Shown here in pieces: positions 8,862-16,521 of a DNA stretch of 37,923 nucleotides; position 1 is the stretch's first letter, and each line of letters opens with the position of its first letter. Made by a program: the position numbers and the translations under genes. Source of the stretch: Candidatus Moranbacteria bacterium RIFCSPHIGHO2_01_FULL_54_31 (GTDB lineage: Bacteria; Patescibacteriota; Minisyncoccia; Moranbacterales; UBA1568); the NCBI GenBank assembly GCA_001784695.1, contig MFRV01000002.1, positions 1-37,923 on the forward strand, in the 5' to 3' direction. Under the pieces are notes generated by a model. It saw nothing but the letters and a program-made list of their open reading frames with translations. It was not told the DNA's origin and made no database searches.

Positions 8862-9266
8862 ATGGAACAGGAAAAGTTCTATGCAGGCGGGTTTTTGTAT
8901 AATCCAGAGACCAGAGCAGTGCTGCTTCACTTGAGGGATGGACACACAGAGGTGAACCCTCACAAGTGGGGATTTTTTGGAGGGGAAAGTGAGGGAAAAG
9001 AAACGCCAGAAGAATGTTGCATACGCGAATGGAAAGAAGAACTCGCTATTGATGTCGATGCACAGGAATTGATTCCGCTCTGTGATTATTTGAATACTGA
9101 TCGCGGCGTATAGCGCTTTGTGTTTTATAAAAAAAGCAACCTGGAAAAATCACAGATGACTCTTGGTGAAGGAGCGGATTTTGAGTGGATTGCTCTTGAA
9201 AAGGTTTTCAGATATGATTTGACTGAAAAAACGAGGATGGATTTGGAGAAGTTTATTGAAAATTAA
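8862..9266 (+). pseudogene. Nudix hydrolase interrupted by an in-frame TAG (9111-9113)
   Basis: Nudix box GGESEGKETPEECCIREWKEEL; the frame continues after TAG as RFVFYKK...LGEGADFEWI...EKTRMDLEKFIEN to TAA 9264-9266; SD GGAGG. Confidence 0.8.
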
Positions 9267-9293
9267 AAACCTCCGAGTCATAGTGACTGGAGG
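9265..9293 (-). terminator. Intrinsic terminator (minus strand)
   Basis: Minus strand CCTCCAGTCA-CTA-TGACTCGGAGG followed by TTTTT. Confidence 0.7.
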
Positions 9294-9426
9294 CGGTGTG
9301 TGGGCTTCCGCTCATTGGCGGAAGAAGGGAGGCGAGGAGAGGAGTGATGGGAGGAGAAAGACGTTGTCTTTTTGTTGCGGTGTCTAAGCAGACACAAATT
9401 GTTTCCCATACTCCCCATTCCTCGCA
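9265..9426 (-). ncRNA. Candidate ~160-nt small RNA
   Basis: Lies between a minus-strand promoter and a terminator; folds into a three-way junction plus two hairpins; no well-spaced SD-led ORF. Confidence 0.55.
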
Positions 9427-9431
9427 CTTGG

Positions 9432-9460
9432 AGTATACTACGGGAAGGGGATTGTGGCAA
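9432..9460 (-). promoter_or_regulatory. sigma70 promoter
   Basis: TTGCCA-17 nt-TATACT on the minus strand. Confidence 0.65.
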
Positions 9461-9463
9461 GGC

Positions 9464-9763
9464 TTATTTTTTCGGATAGGTTCTTCCGAGGTTGAACACC
9501 ATAGTGAGGAGGTATTCGAGCCTATCCGGTCCTTCTCGTTCACGCAATGCGTCGATGTAATTCTCTATTTCCTCCGGAAAATCCAGGACTTCGTGCGCGA
9601 CGACTATATCTGGGGACTCGCCAGCCTCTCCCCAATACTGACGATCTTTCTCCAAAGAATCGCAGCGACTGTCAGTGAGGACTGGAGCAAATTCGAAGAT
9701 GATGTAGTGCGGCGGATAGAGAAGGTTCTCTCCCGGCCTGAGTAGGGTAAAGTGGATAGGCAT
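9464..9763 (-). CDS. Hypothetical 99-aa acidic orphan protein
   Basis: SD AAAGGAG 7 nt upstream of ATG; protein-like composition. Confidence 0.65.
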   Translation of the reverse strand: MPIHFTLLRPGENLLYPPHYIIFEFAPVLTDSRCDSLEKDRQYWGEAGESPDIVVAHEVLDFPEEIENYIDALREREGPDRLEYLLTMVFNLGRTYPKK

Positions 9764-9796
9764 TGGAAAGCTCCTTTCGGTTGAGATGAACTGTTG

Positions 9797-9830
9797 TCAG
9801 CTAATCATGGATCAGCTAATCATGGATTAG
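9797..9830. repeat. Perfect 15-bp tandem duplication
   Basis: TCAGCTAATCATGGA x2 then TTAG; includes the palindrome CTAATC-ATG-GATTAG. Confidence 0.85.
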
Positions 9831-9915
9831 AGGAAAAGTCAATATTTCTCTTCGGCGCGGGAGATGTCATTTTTGGAAAAGAGATTTTAGCAGCGGAGAG
9901 CCTTACCTCGATTGA

Positions 9916-9943
9916 TTGACTTTACCTTTAGATATGCTAAAAT
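9916..9943 (+). promoter_or_regulatory. Probable tRNA promoter
   Basis: TTGACT-16 nt-TAAAAT with TGn extended -10. Confidence 0.55.
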
Positions 9944-10035
9944 TCGTGTGTTTTGGGATCTCGTCTTGCTCGCTTTTCTCGCTCGCCAAAGCTTTTGAGA
10001 TGGAGAGATTCACGATTCTTGATTCCGAATGAAGG

Positions 10036-10109
10036 GGGCCTGTAGTCTAGTGGTAAAACAGTGCATTCGCATTGCACAGCCGGCGGTTCGATTCCGCCCA
10101 GGTCCACCA
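10036..10109 (+). tRNA. tRNA-Ala(CGC)
   Basis: Acceptor GGGCCTG/CAGGTCC with G3:U70, anticodon arm GTGCA-TTCGCAT-TGCAC, T-loop TTCGATT, encoded CCA. Confidence 0.96.
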
Positions 10110-10142
10110 GAGAGAACTTTTGCGCAAAGTTGAGAATACCCT

Positions 10143-10781
10143 ATGGAGAAGATGTTTCCCAATCGAGTTCTGCGATGTCTGCGTGAATTTCCAGTCGTGC
10201 TTTTTCTCGTGTTTTCCGCACTCTGGGTATATCTCGCTATCAATCCTCTGTATCGGGAAGCGTGGATGTTTGAGAATATCGTGATCGCGCTCTTCGCGCC
10301 GATGGTTGTTTGGAGTTACTTCGCATTCCGGCTCTCGAATATTTCGTACCTCCTCATTTTCATCTTCGCTTCGCTCCATATCCTGGCAGCGCACTATACC
10401 TATGCCGACACGCCGTGGGGACGCTTTATTTCCGAGTTGTGGGGTCTTGAGCGGAACCACTTCGACCGGGTAGCACATTTCCTCTACGGACTATTTATGG
10501 TGGCGGTTTTTTCCGATCTCCTCAAGAAATATCTCCCGAAGGAGAAATGGGCGGTCGGGCTGTTTCTCTTCGCCATCTCGTTCTCTGTCGGCGCGCTCTA
10601 TGAAGTAGGAGAGTTCGTCGTCGGCGTCGTGGGCGACCCCGAGGCGGGACTCGCGTTCCTCGGGTTCCAGGGAGATATCTGGGACACGCAGAAAGATATG
10701 GTGCTCCAGGGTATCGGTGCGATATGCGGCATCCTTTCCCTGTTTTTCTTTGCGAAAATATCTCCCGAAAAGAAAGCGTAA
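10143..10781 (+). CDS. DUF2238/YjdF-like inner membrane protein
   Basis: W.FEN, HILAAHYTY, RNHFDRVAHF, YEVGE, FLGFQGDIWDTQKDM motifs. Confidence 0.88.
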   Translation: MEKMFPNRVLRCLREFPVVLFLVFSALWVYLAINPLYREAWMFENIVIALFAPMVVWSYFAFRLSNISYLLIFIFASLHILAAHYTYADTPWGRFISELWGLERNHFDRVAHFLYGLFMVAVFSDLLKKYLPKEKWAVGLFLFAISFSVGALYEVGEFVVGVVGDPEAGLAFLGFQGDIWDTQKDMVLQGIGAICGILSLFFFAKISPEKKA

Positions 10782-10799
10782 GCATTCGCTATCGCCACA

Positions 10800-11600
10800 A
10801 TGACCATTGATACGGTTTTTTCAATATGGATTCGCGTTACCCGGATACTCATTCTGGTCTATTTTGGATTCGGGGCGTACCTCTTTTTTAACCAGCGGAA
10901 CCTCCTCTACTTTCCGGCACTCGGCGATCCGGAAGCGTGCGAAGCGTTCGCAAAGACAGGAGCGGAGAAAATCGTCCAGAACGGAACGATGCTTTATTAC
11001 AAGAAGAATGGCGGGACGATCGTCGTGTTCTACCATGGGAATGGCGGAACGGCATGCGATCGGAAATTTCTCGCCGATGAGTTCGACCGCGACAGTCTCT
11101 CGTATCTTTTTGTGGAGTATGCGGGGTATGCGGATGATCGCGAGACGACGAAAGAAAATGTTCTTCAGGATGTGCGAAACGCTGATGACTTCCTCCGGAC
11201 GATTTCATATGAGAAGCTTGTGTTTGTAAGCGAGAGCCTCGGGGCGGGGCCGCTCGCGTACCATACGACACGTCGGCTGCCGGAGAAAATAGCGCTCATC
11301 GCGCCATACACGAGGATAAGCGATATCGCGAAGGCGCATTTCCCGTACTCGCTCTATCCGGCAACGCTTCTCGTGAGAGACGATTTCAATACCGTTTTGC
11401 TCGATGCATTCCGCGGAGAGACGCTTGTCATTCACGGAACGGCCGATGAAATCATTCCATTCGAGCTTGGAAAAAGGTTGTATGAAATGATTCCTTCAGA
11501 GAGAAAAGAATCTCTTTTTGTGTCGGGCGCGACGCACAATATGGTGCTTAATGTTCCGGGCGTGATGGAAAGTCTCCTCCGGTTTCTCCGGTCAGAGTGA
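10800..11600 (+). CDS. Membrane-anchored alpha/beta hydrolase (ABHD/BEM46-like)
   Basis: N-terminal TM, QRNLLYFP, YHGNGG, EYAGY, nucleophile ESLG, IHGTADEIIP, GATHN. Confidence 0.85.
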   Translation: MTIDTVFSIWIRVTRILILVYFGFGAYLFFNQRNLLYFPALGDPEACEAFAKTGAEKIVQNGTMLYYKKNGGTIVVFYHGNGGTACDRKFLADEFDRDSLSYLFVEYAGYADDRETTKENVLQDVRNADDFLRTISYEKLVFVSESLGAGPLAYHTTRRLPEKIALIAPYTRISDIAKAHFPYSLYPATLLVRDDFNTVLLDAFRGETLVIHGTADEIIPFELGKRLYEMIPSERKESLFVSGATHNMVLNVPGVMESLLRFLRSE

Positions 11601-11696
11601 TCTCGCTTGCGGATTGTCAAAAAGAGGCGCGCGATTCGAGAATGGGATGCTTAGATAGAGTTCCAATTGAGTAGGATATAGTATAATCCACATTTA

Positions 11697-11734
11697 AAAA
11701 ATAACACCCCCGTACGCGGTTGCGTATCGGGGGG
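11697..11734 (-). terminator. Probable intrinsic terminator for the minus-strand orphan
   Basis: CCCCCGTACGC-GGTT-GCGTATCGGGGG preceded by an A-rich tract on the plus strand. Confidence 0.5.
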
Positions 11735-11759
11735 ATACAGGCGGCTGAGGCTAAAAAGC

Positions 11760-12278
11760 TCAGGAGTAGGTCTGTCCGTAGTGGCGGACAGGTGAACGGA
11801 GCAGGGTTTTTTCAGGCTCATCCCGCATGCTGTCGCCAGGGGCGTATGTTATCGTGTCGACAAATGCCACCATCGTGTGTTTCAGAAAATTCAGCATATT
11901 GCGCAGTTTGCGTTTGATGCTTGTGAATTTGTTAGCGGAGCGGTACAGGGCGCGACAGATATCTCTCACGCGCTTTTTCGAATCGTGAAATACTTCCGTA
12001 TTGAGATGTGCCTTTTTGGCAAGACAATACAGGTATATCCGGCAGATATAGCTGATGATGCTTTGCGCCGTATCGCGATCGCGGCAGCCATGGAGGATAT
12101 CTCGGCTTATGCTGCGAACTTCATCGAAATTGGGAACCCGTGCTTCCGGCATCATCCAGTGGCGTATGCGCTGTTGCAGTATCGGCAGCATATGGTCAGG
12201 GATGGGATGTCCCATCATCGGGGTTCTCAGTGTTGCGCATATCGTGTTATGTCGCATGGCAATATTACCTTTCGTCAT
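11760..12278 (-). CDS. Hypothetical basic orphan protein
   Basis: 172-aa ORF filling the gap between the hydrolase and rplI, with a hairpin downstream; no recognisable family; the opposite-strand ORF competes. Confidence 0.45.
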   Translation of the reverse strand: MTKGNIAMRHNTICATLRTPMMGHPIPDHMLPILQQRIRHWMMPEARVPNFDEVRSISRDILHGCRDRDTAQSIISYICRIYLYCLAKKAHLNTEVFHDSKKRVRDICRALYRSANKFTSIKRKLRNMLNFLKHTMVAFVDTITYAPGDSMRDEPEKTLLRSPVRHYGQTYS

Positions 12279-12429
12279 TGTATTGTTAAGGAAAGAAGCT
12301 CTTTAAACTGGCTAGCCGGTCTTTTGGCTGCCAAGAGCTTAGCTATAGGAAAGCATTTCTACGGACGCTTGTCAAAAGGCTCTGGATAGGGTAGACTGGG
12401 GCGAGTAAATAGTTTTGATGAATCCTGAT

Positions 12430-12870
12430 ATGAAAGTCATTCTTTTGGAGGACGTGGCGAAATTGGGCAAGGCCGGAGAGGTCAAAGAAGTGCGTAACGG
12501 ATACGGATTCAATTTTCTGCTGCCGGCCGGTCTGGCGGAATTCGCGACGCCTGCAGGCATCAAGCAATCGGAGAGGGTGATCGCGAAGCGCCAGAAGGAG
12601 CTCGAGACGGTGGCTACGGATGCCAAGACCAAGGCCGTGGCACTCGCGGGCAAGACCGTGACCGTCAAGATGAAAGCGGAAAACGGCAAATTGTTCGGCT
12701 CGGTAGGGCGCGAGGAAATCGCAGCCGCAATGAGTGCGATGGGCATAGAGGCTGACGCGGAAAGCATCACGATCGATAAGCCGTTCAAGGAACTCGGCAC
12801 TTTCCCGGTGGAAGCGAAGCTCGGGCACGGCGTGAAAGCCGCCTTTCAGGTGACGATCGAAGCCGCATAA
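12430..12870 (+). CDS. rplI: 50S ribosomal protein L9
   Basis: MKVILLEDVAKLGKAGEVKEVRNGYGFNFLLP; GKLFGSV. Confidence 0.96.
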   Translation: MKVILLEDVAKLGKAGEVKEVRNGYGFNFLLPAGLAEFATPAGIKQSERVIAKRQKELETVATDAKTKAVALAGKTVTVKMKAENGKLFGSVGREEIAAAMSAMGIEADAESITIDKPFKELGTFPVEAKLGHGVKAAFQVTIEAA

Positions 12871-12898
12871 GACTCATTGAAACAGCATCTTTAACAAG

Positions 12899-12930
12899 CC
12901 CGCCCGTACCGAACGGTACGTTCGGGCGGG
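12899..12930. repeat. REP-like GC-rich palindrome
   Basis: CCCGCC-CGTACCG-AA-CGGTACG-TTCG-GGCGGG. Confidence 0.6.
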
Positions 12931-12984
12931 AGCCGCTCCCTTCCCTTGCTCGGAACGGCGGTTCTTTCTCTATAAAATATATTT

Positions 12985-14643
12985 ATGGTGAAACAAACGA
13001 AGCGGACGAAATTCATTTTTGTGGTGGGCGGCGTGATGAGCGGCGTCGGCAAAGGCGTCACGACGTCTTCGATCGGCAAGATCCTGCAGGCGCGCGGCCT
13101 GTCCGTGACAGCGCTCAAGATCGATCCGTATATCAACGTGGATGCGGGTACGATGAACCCGACGGAACACGGCGAGGTCTTCGTACTGAAAGACGGGGCG
13201 GAAACCGATCAGGATATGGGCAATTACGAGCGCTTCCTGAATATCGAGCTCGATCGCGACAATTATATGACCACCGGGCTGGTGTACAAGACGGTCATCG
13301 AGAAAGAGCGCAATCTCGAGTATGAGGGAAAATGCGTCCAGGTGGTGCCGCATATCCCGCTCGCGGTCATCGCGCGCATTAGGCGGGCGGCGAAAAAGAA
13401 CAAGGCCGATGTGGCTATCATAGAGATCGGCGGGACCGTCGGGGAATACGAGAACATCCTGTTTCTCGAAGCGGTGCGTATGATGAAGATCGAGCACCCG
13501 GAAGATGTCATCACGGTGATGGTGAGCTATATCCCCACGCCGTCGAAAGTGGGCGAGATGAAGACGAAGCCGACCCAGCACGCGGTGCGGACGCTCAACG
13601 GCACCGGTATCCAGCCGGATATCATCGTGGCCCGCGCCGATCGCCCTCTGGATGAGAAACGCAAGGAGAAGATCGCCGTGTTCTGCAGCGTGCGCAAGGA
13701 AGACGTCATCAGTGCGCCGGATGTGGAGAGCATCTATGATGTGCCGCTCAATTTCGAAAAAGATCATCTGAGCGATATTTTGGGCAAGAAGCTCGGTCTG
13801 AAAATGAAAAGAGCGGATGGCGGACTGAAAGAATGGGAGCGCTCTGTCAGGCGCATCCATACCTCCAAGAGCGAAGTGCATATCGGCATCGTCGGAAAAT
13901 ATTTCAAGACCGGGGATTTCGTCTTGAGCGACGCATACATAAGCGTCATCGAAGCGCTCAAGCATGCTGCCGGGCGCGTCGGCAAGAAAGCCGTCCTTAC
14001 CTGGATCGACAGCGCCGGCTTCGAAGAAAGTCCCAAGAAGCTTGCCGAGCTGAAGCAGTACGATGGTATCCTGATCCCGGGTGGTTTCGGCGCGCGCGGC
14101 ATCGAGGGGAAAATATCCGCCATCCGCTATTGCCGCGAGAACAAGATCCCGTATTTCGGTCTCTGCTACGGTATGCAGCTGATGGTCATCGAATACGCCC
14201 GCCATATACTGGGATGGAAAGGCGCCCATACCACCGAGGTCAGTCCGGATGCGACGTATCCGGTCGTGGATATTATGCCAGCCCAGAAAGAGAATCTGCG
14301 TAAGAAAAATTACGGCGCGACGATGCGTCTCGGGCATTATGAAGCGAAGCTCGTGCCGAAAACGATCGCGTACGGAGCCTATGGTACCGGCAGCGTCCTC
14401 GAGCGCCATCGCCATCGCTATGAAGTCAATCCGGCCTATGTCGAGGATCTGAAGAATGCCGGGCTGGTATTTTCCGCCACATCGCCCGACGGCGTGCTGA
14501 TGGAAGTCGCCGAACTGCCGAAAAAGAAACACCCGTTCTTCCTGGCGAGCCAGTTCCATCCGGAATTCCAATCTTCGCTCCTCCGTCCGCATCCGCTCTT
14601 CGTCGCATTCCTCAAAGCCGCAAGCAGTTACCGAAAAAAATAG
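12985..14643 (+). CDS. pyrG: CTP synthase
   Basis: GGVMSGVGKG, KIDPYINVDAGTMNPTEHGEVFV, KTKPTQH, GLCYGMQ, ERHRHRYEVN, QFHPEF. Confidence 0.98.
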   Translation: MVKQTKRTKFIFVVGGVMSGVGKGVTTSSIGKILQARGLSVTALKIDPYINVDAGTMNPTEHGEVFVLKDGAETDQDMGNYERFLNIELDRDNYMTTGLVYKTVIEKERNLEYEGKCVQVVPHIPLAVIARIRRAAKKNKADVAIIEIGGTVGEYENILFLEAVRMMKIEHPEDVITVMVSYIPTPSKVGEMKTKPTQHAVRTLNGTGIQPDIIVARADRPLDEKRKEKIAVFCSVRKEDVISAPDVESIYDVPLNFEKDHLSDILGKKLGLKMKRADGGLKEWERSVRRIHTSKSEVHIGIVGKYFKTGDFVLSDAYISVIEALKHAAGRVGKKAVLTWIDSAGFEESPKKLAELKQYDGILIPGGFGARGIEGKISAIRYCRENKIPYFGLCYGMQLMVIEYARHILGWKGAHTTEVSPDATYPVVDIMPAQKENLRKKNYGATMRLGHYEAKLVPKTIAYGAYGTGSVLERHRHRYEVNPAYVEDLKNAGLVFSATSPDGVLMEVAELPKKKHPFFLASQFHPEFQSSLLRPHPLFVAFLKAASSYRKK

Positions 14644-14647
14644 GCAT

Positions 14648-15196
14648 ATGCAACCATTTGAAGGAATGCCGAATAATCAAACGGAAGCCCAGGGACTCTT
14701 TGCTGAAGATCAGCAGGATCGCGAGAATGGTCTCGACAAATCTGATCCCGCGCTCTTCGCCGAAAGAGAGAAAGCTCGTTATCAAAAAGCGCAAGAAATG
14801 TTTGCTCAGTACGAGCAAAATCCTCAATCTTTGTCTGCACAAGATGTGTTTCATCTGGCTTTTTTATTCCAGCATGGGCAGATACCAGAAGATTATAACA
14901 AGGCGAATATATTAGCCCTTGATGCAGAGAATCGCGGGGTTGAAGACGCAAAGTGGCTCTCGGCTGCTGCGGAGGATCGCTATCTCGTTTCCCTGGGGAA
15001 ATCGCAGAAATGGGGAACGCAATTCGTCCGAACTGAAAAGGGATGGCAATATGCTGCTCCTCTCGAGGATGAGGCGGTTTCCGGAATTACTGACGAGATG
15101 AGACAAGACAAGAACGTCCCTGCCAGGAATAGCCAGCTCCAAAAGATTGCGGAGATATACCCTGAGCCTTTGAGTGGCTTGGATGATGAAAAGTAA
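14648..15196 (+). CDS. Hypothetical protein with a DRYL...Q.WGTQF motif (DUF6624-like)
   Basis: AFLFQHG, WLSAAAEDRYLVSLGKSQKWGTQF; more AT-rich codons than its neighbours. Confidence 0.75.
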   Translation: MQPFEGMPNNQTEAQGLFAEDQQDRENGLDKSDPALFAEREKARYQKAQEMFAQYEQNPQSLSAQDVFHLAFLFQHGQIPEDYNKANILALDAENRGVEDAKWLSAAAEDRYLVSLGKSQKWGTQFVRTEKGWQYAAPLEDEAVSGITDEMRQDKNVPARNSQLQKIAEIYPEPLSGLDDEK

Positions 15197-15226
15197 AACA
15201 CCCTGACAGAACGTGCAGGGTATTTT
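15195..15226. terminator. Intrinsic terminator-like hairpin
   Basis: AAAACACCCTG...CAGGGTATTTT. Confidence 0.55.
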
Positions 15227-15252
15227 CTTGAGAATAAAAAGAGGTTTTATCG

Positions 15253-15403
15253 AAGCCTCCCTACCGCAAGAATCTTCCCGGGAGTCAGTCGTTTGCCCCA
15301 GCCGGCAAACTCCTTTATGAACTTTTTTCGATCCGTCGAAACGACGGCACCGTGCTCGAAAAAACTTCAACTCTCCCGGGAAGATTCTTGCGGCAGGAGG
15401 TTT
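15253..15403 (+). repeat. Structured ~150-nt repeat element, copy B
   Basis: P1 CCGCAAGAATCTTCCCGGGAG/CTCCCGGGAAGATTCTTGCGG; P2 TTTGCC-CCAGCC-GGCAAA; P3 TGAACTTTTTTCGA/TCGAAAAAACTTCA; P4 CCGTCG-AAA-CGACGG; bulge CACCGTGC. Confidence 0.88.
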
Positions 15404-15430
15404 TCCTTTTGTGACATCGTGTGAAAAAGG

Positions 15431-15583
15431 CGAAAACCGCCCTCCATCAAAGGTTCCGGGAACTTGAAATTTTTTTGAGCACGGTTCCTGATTCTGATCA
15501 GGATCAAAAAAATTTCATGAGCGAAATCTCGGCTGGGAGATTTCGTGGGTCCCGGAAGCTTTCGGATGGAGGAGCAGTTTTCG
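15431..15583 (-). repeat. Structured ~150-nt repeat element, copy D (inverted)
   Basis: Minus strand: TTCCGGGA/TCCCGGAA; CGAAATCTC-CCAGCC-GAGATTTCG; TGAAATTTTTTTGA/TCAAAAAAATTTCA; CCTGAT-CAGA-ATCAGG; bulge AACCGTGC; outer CCTCCATC/GATGGAGG. Confidence 0.88.
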
Positions 15584-15595
15584 GAAATAATAGAG

Positions 15596-15622
15596 AAAAA
15601 ACACCCGCACGGGGTGTTTTTT
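15596..15622 (-). terminator. rpmA terminator (bidirectional type)
   Basis: AAAAAACACCC-GCACG-GGGTGTTTTTT. Confidence 0.75.
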
Positions 15623-15635
15623 GATTGGGAAGCGG

Positions 15636-15935
15636 TTATTTCTTGGCTTTGGCGGCTTTTTGCGGGATGACGTGGACGAACATCCGCTGTGCCAGCTTGC
15701 CGGTGAAATCCTTGATCTTCTTGGTCTGGAACTCGACGGTGCCTGAGACGAGAGCGAACAGGGTGTCATCCGCGCCGCGCTTGACGTTTCTGCCAGGGTG
15801 GAATTTGGTCCCGCGCTGACGGATGATGATATTGCTGACCGCGACCGCTTGCCCGCCGAAAATCTTGACGCCGAGACGCTTGGAAATGGAATCACGGCCG
15901 TAGGAAGTTGATCCGCCTGCTTTTCTGGTTGCCAT
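15636..15935 (-). CDS. rpmA: 50S ribosomal protein L27
   Basis: [28 protein letters not shown]...[13 protein letters not shown]...GADDTLFAL. Confidence 0.97.
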   Translation of the reverse strand: MATRKAGGSTSYGRDSISKRLGVKIFGGQAVAVSNIIIRQRGTKFHPGRNVKRGADDTLFALVSGTVEFQTKKIKDFTGKLAQRMFVHVIPQKAAKAKK

Positions 15936-15981
15936 AGTGCTGAAAGCTTACGTATTACCGAAGTTTTATGTATACTGGATG

Positions 15982-16009
15982 AGTATATCATATCGGCGCG
16001 TTTTGTCAA
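15982..16009 (-). promoter_or_regulatory. rpmA promoter
   Basis: TTGACA-16 nt-TATACT with TGn on the minus strand. Confidence 0.65.
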
Positions 16010-16033
16010 TTCCGCCTTATCTATGCACTACAT

Positions 16034-16474
16034 ATGCTTGATCTGACCTTGTTATCCAGAGCGAAAGAATGGGGCATCGGCCATCGGAAGGACATCGCGC
16101 TTCTGGCGGGTGTTCTGCTTACGGGGACGCTGGCTTTCGAAAGCGGGGTGCTGCGCGGCAGCCTGGAGCAATCAGAGCCGCTCGTCATCTCGCTTCCGGC
16201 TCCGACAGAAAGAGATCCGGCCGTGCTCTCTGAAACTGCCGAAACAGGCGCGAAAACAGGAGGGGGTACGGTTGCGGGGGTGGCACAGGCGGTAGCGCTA
16301 GCCGGCAAGCCATCAGGCGATGCGGCCTGCCCTTTCGTCGGGAGCCGCAATTCGAACAAATACCACCTTTCTACCTGCGCGGTCGCCAAGAGGATCAAGC
16401 CCGAAAACAGGGTCTGTTTCGCTTCACAGGAAGAGGCACAGAAACGCGGCTATGTGGCGAGCTGTATCAAGTAG
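16034..16474 (+). CDS. Membrane-anchored protein with a C-terminal Ada metal-binding-like domain
   Basis: N-terminal TM, low-complexity linker, FVGSRNSNKYHLSTCAVAKRIKPENRVCFASQEEAQKRGY. Confidence 0.8.
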   Translation: MLDLTLLSRAKEWGIGHRKDIALLAGVLLTGTLAFESGVLRGSLEQSEPLVISLPAPTERDPAVLSETAETGAKTGGGTVAGVAQAVALAGKPSGDAACPFVGSRNSNKYHLSTCAVAKRIKPENRVCFASQEEAQKRGYVASCIK

Positions 16475-16521
16475 GGGGAACGAAGGTTATGTGGCATAAT
16501 GAAGGGGGAAAAACAAAAAAG

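Noticed and set aside
9111-9113. Amber stop-codon reassignment
   Set aside because: TAG terminates several core genes in the window
9296-9745. 149-aa plus-strand ORF
   Set aside because: No good start context; the minus strand has the SD-led ORF, promoter and terminator
10036-12400. Prophage or integrative island at tRNA-Ala
   Set aside because: No integrase, phage genes or att duplication of the tRNA 3' end seen
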